Positions 58,044 to 64,000 of a stretch of 64,000 bases of DNA are shown piece by piece (position 1 is the first letter of the stretch; each line of letters starts with the position of its first letter). Under the pieces are notes generated by a model. It made no database searches. It saw only the letters and a program-made list of their open reading frames with translations, and was not told the DNA's origin. Made by a program: the position numbers and the translations under genes. The stretch comes from Alphaproteobacteria bacterium (GTDB lineage: Bacteria; Pseudomonadota; Alphaproteobacteria; UBA9219), in contig WREW01000001.1 of NCBI GenBank assembly GCA_009779135.1, positions 94,233-158,232 of the forward strand, written 5' to 3'.

Positions 58044-59369
58044 ATGGCAAATAAAGACGATACGGATCTGGATCTTGAAAATCTGGAAACAGAAAGCGCC
58101 GAAACGCTTTCGCCGGATTCCGATGGCGCGGCCGAGGAATGGAAGGATGAACTTCCGCCCGAAGATGATTTTCACGATATGGAAGAACAGATCGAAGATG
58201 TTCTTGAAGAAATGCCGTCCGAAGAAGACCAACAATCGCATGAAAATCAAAACAAAGGCAAAAGCGGAAAGAAAACGCTTTTCCTGCTTCTGCTTGTGGG
58301 CGTGGTTGTCTTGGGCGGTCTTGCTTATTTCCAATTTTCATATCTGGATGGTGAGGAGGCAACCGGCCCTATACCGCTTGCAGGCATTGTAAATGCGCCG
58401 CCAAAACAGCAGGCCGCCAGCAATGAAAAAGGCATGTCCTCTTCAGAGATGCGGAACGCCTATCAACCGCCTGCTGGGCCTCAGAACGGCTATGTGGCTG
58501 TGCCTGCGTCATCTGCGGCGTCAGAACAAAACGGGCTGCAGGAACAGGAAAAGCCTATCATCAGCGGAATCCTTTCCAGTGACGCCGTACCCGTCAGGGA
58601 ACCTGCGGCTGTGCCTGCGCCGCTATGGCATGATCCTTTGCCGCTGCCGGCACCCGGGAAAGCCGTAGCGGAACCGCCACCGCCTATAAAAGAAGTACAG
58701 GAAATAGCCACCATTGCGCCGCTTCCTGTGGCGCCGCCTGTGAAAGAAGTGCAGGAAATAATCGCCATCGCGCCGCTTCCTGCGGCGCAACCTGCGCTGC
58801 CGCGCGCGTTGGATGAAAGGGAACAGGCGCGTTTTGATGCCTTGACCGATCAAGTTCAGGCGCTTCAAAAAACAGTGGATCAGGTTGTCAGCAAAAATGA
58901 AGCTTTGATGGCGCAGATCGACAACCTGCAAAGCCAGCTTTCAGACAGCGCGGCGAAACCCGATCAAGCTTTGCAAGACAAGGTGACGCAACTTGAAGCG
59001 CAACTTGCTGCGCTCAAGAATGATAATATGCGCGGCATCAATCTTGCGCCCGCATCTGAAGTCACAACTTTAGCCGCCGTGAAAAAACCGGTAGCAACAC
59101 CCAAAGCCGCCGCCAAACCGGCCCCGGCCAAAAAAGCCACCGCGCCGGCCAAGGCCGCCAAGCCAGCCCCCCTCCCAGCCGTTAAAAATGAGGGCTGGGT
59201 CTTGAGGGCGGCCACGCCGGAGGCCGCCTGGGTCTCGGCGGGCATGGCCTCGCAGGATTTCCGCCGCATCCGTGTGGGGGAGGAGCTCCCGGGCCTAGGA
59301 AAAGTTAACCAAATCCGCCAGATAGATGGTCGTTGGGAGGTTGTAACGGAGAAGGCTATATTGCAGTAG
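58044..59369 (+). CDS. DotF/IcmG/TraP-like T4BSS protein (acidic N-terminus, TM, Pro-rich repeats, coiled coil)
   Basis: TM KTLFLLLLVGVVVLGGLAYF; internal tandem repeat PPPIKEVQEIATIAPLPVAPPVKEVQEIIAIAPLPAA; coiled coil; assignment mainly positional (icmE-icmG order). Confidence 0.4.
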   Translation: MANKDDTDLDLENLETESAETLSPDSDGAAEEWKDELPPEDDFHDMEEQIEDVLEEMPSEEDQQSHENQNKGKSGKKTLFLLLLVGVVVLGGLAYFQFSYLDGEEATGPIPLAGIVNAPPKQQAASNEKGMSSSEMRNAYQPPAGPQNGYVAVPASSAASEQNGLQEQEKPIISGILSSDAVPVREPAAVPAPLWHDPLPLPAPGKAVAEPPPPIKEVQEIATIAPLPVAPPVKEVQEIIAIAPLPAAQPALPRALDEREQARFDALTDQVQALQKTVDQVVSKNEALMAQIDNLQSQLSDSAAKPDQALQDKVTQLEAQLAALKNDNMRGINLAPASEVTTLAAVKKPVATPKAAAKPAPAKKATAPAKAAKPAPLPAVKNEGWVLRAATPEAAWVSAGMASQDFRRIRVGEELPGLGKVNQIRQIDGRWEVVTEKAILQ

Positions 59370-59543
59370 CGAAGGAAAAAAAGAGCGAAAAGAATAAATT
59401 AGGCCCAAAAAAAGAGAGAAAATTTCTCTCTTTTTTTATAAAAATTAACGAGGTCTTTAATAGTTTCATGCACAATAGTGGGTAGGAATGTGTCATAATA
59501 AAGGCATAAGGTTTAACAAAGCCTTTTTTTGGGAGTTGGTACG

Positions 59544-60563
59544 ATGCTCTATAAGGGGCCAGATAACCAAGTCAAACATAAGACCAGCGCTTTGCTGATG
59601 CTGGTCTGGGGTGTTCTTTTTAGCTTTCTTCTTACCGGCATACCCATCGAGCTTTGGGCGCAGGTGCCCACACCGCCCGACCCCACACCGATACTCGGCG
59701 GAGGGGATACGGGTGACGATACGCTGGGCCAGCTGGTTTGCAATATTAATAACAATGCCGACGGCTATACTTTTATCCTAAGCGTCATTGCCTGGATCGT
59801 CGGTGGGTTTCTTATTGTCCGTGGCGTCTTGCTGCTCAGAAAGAGCGCGGATGATCCCAATAATTCACAAGTCACCAAAGCGGTCGCGCACTTTATCGCC
59901 GGCGCCGCGCTGATCGGCCTGCCGACTTTTGTCGGTGTTGTACGAAGAACCTTGTTCGGCGTTTTTGCCGGCGGAGGTCTGAACGCCTGTGTACCCGGGG
60001 CCACCGTCTCCGTATCTGGCGGGCAGGGCCTTGACATTATGATGCAGAGCTTTGTCCGCAATATGTATGGACCGATGTTCACCCTTGTTTCCGTTTTAGG
60101 TATTCTGATCGGCTTGACCTTTATTGTAAAAGCTTTGCTGGCCGGCGCGGCCACGGGCACGGACCCGCGCACATCCAACCCTAAAACCATTATCACCAAT
60201 CTGGTCATAGGCGCGGTGCTGGTTTCGCTTTCTACGGTTTTGCCGGATGTCTTGGGCTCTATCTTTGCCAGCGGCGAGGTCAGCAATGTCAGCCAATACA
60301 GCGCCATCGCATGGTCTAAGGTGGTGGGCGATGCCGACACAACAGCCATCAACAATACGGTTCGCGCGGTTCTGGCCTTTATTCAGATTATTGGCGTTAT
60401 TGCCTTTTTGCGGGGCTGGCTGCTTATAAAAACCGCCATGGATGGCGGACAGGCTACGGTTCCGCAAGGCGTTGTCCATGTGGTGGCTGGTGCTATGGCC
60501 TTGAATATCGACAAGATGATCGAAGTTTTCAACAACACCTTCGGGCTGGATTTGTTGACATAA
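59544..60563 (+). CDS. DotE/IcmC-like polytopic inner-membrane protein
   Basis: ATG 59544 with GGGAG RBS; at least 6 TM helices; contains a KSADDPNNSQVTKAVAHFIAGAALIGLPTFVGVVRRT block paralogous to the following small protein, as for the IcmC/IcmD pair. Confidence 0.45.
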   Translation: MLYKGPDNQVKHKTSALLMLVWGVLFSFLLTGIPIELWAQVPTPPDPTPILGGGDTGDDTLGQLVCNINNNADGYTFILSVIAWIVGGFLIVRGVLLLRKSADDPNNSQVTKAVAHFIAGAALIGLPTFVGVVRRTLFGVFAGGGLNACVPGATVSVSGGQGLDIMMQSFVRNMYGPMFTLVSVLGILIGLTFIVKALLAGAATGTDPRTSNPKTIITNLVIGAVLVSLSTVLPDVLGSIFASGEVSNVSQYSAIAWSKVVGDADTTAINNTVRAVLAFIQIIGVIAFLRGWLLIKTAMDGGQATVPQGVVHVVAGAMALNIDKMIEVFNNTFGLDLLT

Positions 60564-60701
60564 AAAACGTTGTTAAAGGGTAAACCCTGAAAAAAGAAAG
60601 GAGGTACAAGGACAAGTGAAAGGAAAAAAACATCGGTAAGGTCTTTTTAGACCGCAAAAAATAAGCTAAACTGAAAAAACTAAACAAAAGAGGAGAGAAC
60701 C

Positions 60702-61085
60702 ATGAAGAAAGAAACAATGAACAAAAGCATGCAATTCGCACTGATTGCAGCGGTCTTCACAATGGCAATGCCTGGGCTTGCCATCGGTCAGGACATGAGC
60801 AGTGTTATCACAGACGTTGGTACAACCCAGTTGTCTGTTATTCCGTGGATTTTGACAATCGTGTGTTACATCATGGGCGCGTTTTTCATGGTGAAGGGCG
60901 CACTGAAGCTGAAAAAGCACGCGGAAAATCCTTCAGGTCAGGACACAGTCGGTCAGGGCGTTGCCAACTTAGCTGCTGGTGCTGCTCTTGCCGCTATCCC
61001 GATGTTCCAGGGTATCATCTTCAGAACATCGAAAATGAGTGGTGATGAACAAGGTTGGCAGGCTTTCCAAACCACGTTCAACTAA
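60702..61085 (+). CDS. DotP/IcmD-like small inner-membrane protein
   Basis: 127 aa; two TM helices; KKHAENPSGQDTVGQGVANLAAGAALAAIPMFQGIIFRTS motif shared with the preceding gene; strong RBS AGGAGAG. Confidence 0.5.
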   Translation: MKKETMNKSMQFALIAAVFTMAMPGLAIGQDMSSVITDVGTTQLSVIPWILTIVCYIMGAFFMVKGALKLKKHAENPSGQDTVGQGVANLAAGAALAAIPMFQGIIFRTSKMSGDEQGWQAFQTTFN

Positions 61086-61783
61086 TGAACCAACTACCGC
61101 TTTCCCTTGGCGTTCGGCACAACACCGACGCCAAGGGGGCGGTTTTAAAAAACCGCCCGCTTACAGCCGAACAAATCCAAAAGACTTTGAGCCGCGACAA
61201 GTTCACTTGTCGCTGTTGTGGTTTTATATCACGCAAGTTTCACCGCGTTGTCTTTCAGCGCGATCTTGATCCCAAGGCATCGGAAAGAAATCTTGTCACC
61301 TTATGCACTTTTTGCGAGATGACGACCGCTTTAGACCGCGCAGGCCTTACAGGCGCCGGTTATATTATATGGCTTCCCGAACTTAGCCAGATAGAGCTCA
61401 GCAGCCTTGTGCGCGCTCTTTTTGTCGCGCGCGCCGGTGAGGATACAGCTCTGGCGGAAACTGCGCGACGCATGCTTGATGTGCTGACCGCGCGCCGTGC
61501 CGAGGCTAAAAAGCGTCTGGGGACAGATGACCCGCTGCTTTTGGCCACGGCCCTGCATGAAATGGTGAATGAAAAACCCGCCGCCCGCGCCCCCAAGCTT
61601 GAAGGCTTGCGCTTTCTTCCTTTAGATCGCTATTTTGTGGCCAATCAGGGCAAAGATGTGAATATGTTTCCAAGTATCCTTGATTATTGGGTGTCGCCCG
61701 AAGGCCCCTTTGGCCAAACCCCTGTCTCAACATGGCCGGCCTTGTTTGAAAAACGCATCAAGGCCGCGCAAGATCAGACCTGA
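61085..61783 (+). CDS. DotN/IcmJ-like cytoplasmic Cys-rich (putative Zn-binding) T4BSS protein
   Basis: Start overlaps the previous stop (TAATG); CRCCGF...CTFC CxxC-type motifs; ~230 aa; position after the icmC/icmD-like genes, as icmJ in Legionella. Confidence 0.45.
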   Translation: MNQLPLSLGVRHNTDAKGAVLKNRPLTAEQIQKTLSRDKFTCRCCGFISRKFHRVVFQRDLDPKASERNLVTLCTFCEMTTALDRAGLTGAGYIIWLPELSQIELSSLVRALFVARAGEDTALAETARRMLDVLTARRAEAKKRLGTDDPLLLATALHEMVNEKPAARAPKLEGLRFLPLDRYFVANQGKDVNMFPSILDYWVSPEGPFGQTPVSTWPALFEKRIKAAQDQT

Positions 61784-61914
61784 AAATCTGCCTGCCGCAT
61801 CTATCGTCCCTGCCCCCTTAAAGGCGCATGGTTTTTGCTTTTCTTCTTGTCAACGCGCCCCTTTCATGATGAGATAGCCGCCTTGTAAAACAAAATGTTA
61901 CGAGGATAAATCCG

Positions 61915-63144
61915 ATGAACGCATCTCTTCTTGATGACCTTTTGCGCGGCGTTGCCATTGAAACACCGCCCCGTGGCCTTGCGGGCAAGCTGAAAGAGAG
62001 CGAGAAAGAAAAACGCTCTCTTATCGTAAAGCTCGGCTTTGACCCGACCGCGCCGGATCTTCATCTCGGCCATGCGGTGGTTCTGCGCAAAATGCGCCAG
62101 TTTCAGGATGCGGGGCACAAGCTGGTGATTATCATCGGCGACTTTACCGCGCGCATCGGCGATCCCACAGGGCGCAACAAAACACGCCCCCCCCTTTCGC
62201 CGGAAACCATCAAGCAAAACGCGCTGACCTATCTTGACCAGCTCTCCAAAGTTTTGGATATGAGCCGCGAGAAATTGAAAGTCTGTTTTAACGATGACTG
62301 GCTCGGCGCCATGACATTCCGCGATGTGATCGGCCTTCTTGCCAAAGCCACCGTAGCGCAGCTCTTGCAGCGCGAGGATTTCAGCAAGCGTTACAACGAA
62401 GGCACCGCAATCGGCATGCATGAAATGCTTTATCCCTTGATGCAGGGCTATGATTCGATTGAGATCAACGCGGACATCGAAATGGGCGGCACAGACCAGC
62501 TTTTTAATTGCCTTGTCGGTCGTGCGCTGCAGGAGGCTGAGGGCAAAAGCGGACAGATCGTTCTTTCCATGCCGCTCCTCGTCGGCCTTGACGGCAAGGA
62601 GAAGATGAGCAAATCCTACAATAACTATATCGGCCTGACCGAGCCGCCGCATGACATGTACGGCAAAGCCATGTCCATTCCCGATACGCTTTTGCCGATG
62701 TATCTGGAGCTGGCCACGACCTTGACCGCGCAGGAAATTGCGCGATTGAAAGAAGATCTGGCCGCAGACAAAGTCAACCCCATGGATGTAAAAAAACTTG
62801 TCGCCGCCAATATCGTGACCCAGTATCACGATGAAAAAAGCGCAGAAGAAGCGGCGCAGTATTTTTATAACCAGTTTCAGAACAAGGCAGATGAAGAAAA
62901 AAGCTATGAGCCGTTTGCCGCCGCGCAGATTTACGAAGGCGCGCAGGAACTGGCGCTTCTTGATCTCTGCGCCAGACTTTGCCCGCAGGAGTCGAAAAGC
63001 CAGTTGCGCCGCCTCATCGCCGCTTCAGCCGTCAGCGTGGATGGAGAAAAACTCACAGACCCTGCCGCGTTGATAAAGCCGCCGGTTGATAAAGAAATCC
63101 ACTTCCGCATCGGCAAACGCGGCTTTTACGCCATTATATCCTGA
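61915..63144 (+). CDS. tyrS: tyrosine--tRNA ligase
   Basis: HLGH motif ([10 protein letters not shown]) and KMSKS motif ([10 protein letters not shown]); C-terminal S4 domain; 409 aa. Confidence 0.95.
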   Translation: MNASLLDDLLRGVAIETPPRGLAGKLKESEKEKRSLIVKLGFDPTAPDLHLGHAVVLRKMRQFQDAGHKLVIIIGDFTARIGDPTGRNKTRPPLSPETIKQNALTYLDQLSKVLDMSREKLKVCFNDDWLGAMTFRDVIGLLAKATVAQLLQREDFSKRYNEGTAIGMHEMLYPLMQGYDSIEINADIEMGGTDQLFNCLVGRALQEAEGKSGQIVLSMPLLVGLDGKEKMSKSYNNYIGLTEPPHDMYGKAMSIPDTLLPMYLELATTLTAQEIARLKEDLAADKVNPMDVKKLVAANIVTQYHDEKSAEEAAQYFYNQFQNKADEEKSYEPFAAAQIYEGAQELALLDLCARLCPQESKSQLRRLIAASAVSVDGEKLTDPAALIKPPVDKEIHFRIGKRGFYAIIS

Positions 63145-63145
63145 T

Positions 63146-63222
<77 letters not shown>

Positions 63223-63429
63223 ATAGCCTTGCTTTACTTATGGCTATAGGTGCTTTAATAATTCCTCGATTAATTGCTGCAAAAGTCCATTTTTTGCCTT
63301 AACACCTATTTTAATACACTTTAATGGCAATTTTTAACAGGAATTTGTTATTTTTTCAGTTTAATGTTGACTTTTATAGCAGAAACGGTTATATTTAAAA
63401 ATAAGAAACGGCTTATCTGGAGAAGCAAG

Positions 63430-64000
63430 ATGATAAAAGAACTGAAAATTTCTAATTTTTATAGCATAAATAAAACTCAAGCCATATCCTTTGAAATCTC
63501 AAAAAAGGATATGCTGGATAATTCTTCTTTTATGTCTCCTTGCGGCAATATGTTAAACAGCATTGCTGTAATTATTGGTAATAATGCCTCTGGAAAGACA
63601 AATATTTTAAAGGGCTTGTCGTTTTTAGGATGGTTTGTTGAAGCTTCTTATCAAGATCTGAAAATTGATCAAAAAATACCTGTTACAACGCACAAATTGT
63701 CAGAAGATAAAAACTCTTCATTTGAATTGATATTTGAAGAAGGCGGCAAGGAATATCAATATAAAATTACATTAAATCCCGATGAAGTTGTCCATGAATT
63801 TCTTGGTGTCAAGAAAGAGCGGGGATATTCTTATCTCTATGAAATCAATAGAAGCAATGGAAAAGTATCTTATGATAAGTGGAATTTATCCAAGCTAAAT
63901 GACGACGATAAAGCCAGATTTGAGCAGCGTCTTAATGCTTCACTATTTTCATTTTTGTTAAGCACGGGACACCTGCCTGCCACTGGAATTAAAAGATTTA
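63430..64000 (+). CDS. AAA/OLD-like ATPase (3' truncated at window end) in an AT-rich segment
   Basis: GGAG RBS; MIKELKISNFYSINKTQAISFE ... VIIGNNASGKTNILKGLSFL: N-terminal pattern and Walker A typical of AAA_15/AAA_21-type ATPases found in defence/abortive-infection loci; GC content drops sharply after the tRNA. Confidence 0.6.
   Translation, partial: MIKELKISNFYSINKTQAISFEISKKDMLDNSSFMSPCGNMLNSIAVIIGNNASGKTNILKGLSFLGWFVEASYQDLKIDQKIPVTTHKLSEDKNSSFELIFEEGGKEYQYKITLNPDEVVHEFLGVKKERGYSYLYEINRSNGKVSYDKWNLSKLNDDDKARFEQRLNASLFSFLLSTGHLPATGIKRF

Overview
This 64 kb window looks like chromosome from an alphaproteobacterium (the GcrA-family regulator, MotE-like protein and flagellar gene arrangement are typical of that group). 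Function calls rest on motif and pattern recognition of the translated ORFs; no database search was run.

The first ~30 kb is housekeeping:
- sodB, rph, rdgB, hemW
- an Rrf2 regulator followed by a sufBC-(HAD)(HAD)-sufDS-sufU-sufT Fe-S assembly operon
- pepN
- a flagellar block: motE-like, fliM, fliL, flgF, flgG, flgA, flgH
- folK and folP, a NUDIX hydrolase, an ABC ATPase, polA
- tRNA-Gly(CCC) and uppP

From ~30.4 kb to ~61.8 kb lies a large accessory region that I read as an IncI/R64-like (MPF_I, Dot/Icm-type, type IVB) secretion or conjugation gene cluster:
- DotD/DotC/DotB/IcmT-like genes, in the same order as R64 traHIJK
- a complete R64-type thin-pilus (type IVb) module, pilL, N, O, P, Q, R, S, V-like
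- a GcrA-like regulator
- DotI, a DotI paralog, DotH, DotG, DotF, DotE, DotP and DotN-like genes, in the Legionella icmM/L-K-E-G-C-D-J order

Upstream of the Dot genes is a block of uncharacterised secreted proteins:
- an Ivy-like lysozyme/lytic-transglycosylase inhibitor, translationally coupled to an SLT-domain protein
- two proteins sharing a novel C-terminal domain
- three tandem paralogous cysteine-rich secreted proteins of ~450-540 aa with a conserved GPRP-x-P-x-SG-x-LL-x-TD core
- a VirB1/PilT-like transglycosylase and a TrbB-like thioredoxin

The T4CP (DotL), DotM, DotO, DotA and a relaxase are not in the window. The cluster ends abruptly at tyrS and tRNA-Arg(CCT). Immediately after that tRNA an AT-rich segment begins, encoding a truncated AAA/OLD-like ATPase, possibly a defence island.

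A ~100 bp palindromic MITE/REP-like element with TGTCATCC...GGATGACA termini occurs at least twice, at 23.8 kb and 43.2 kb, and a diverged relative sits at 29.0 kb. No rRNA, CRISPR array, shufflon or prophage was seen. Many long antisense ORFs in the six-frame track are GC-driven artefacts.
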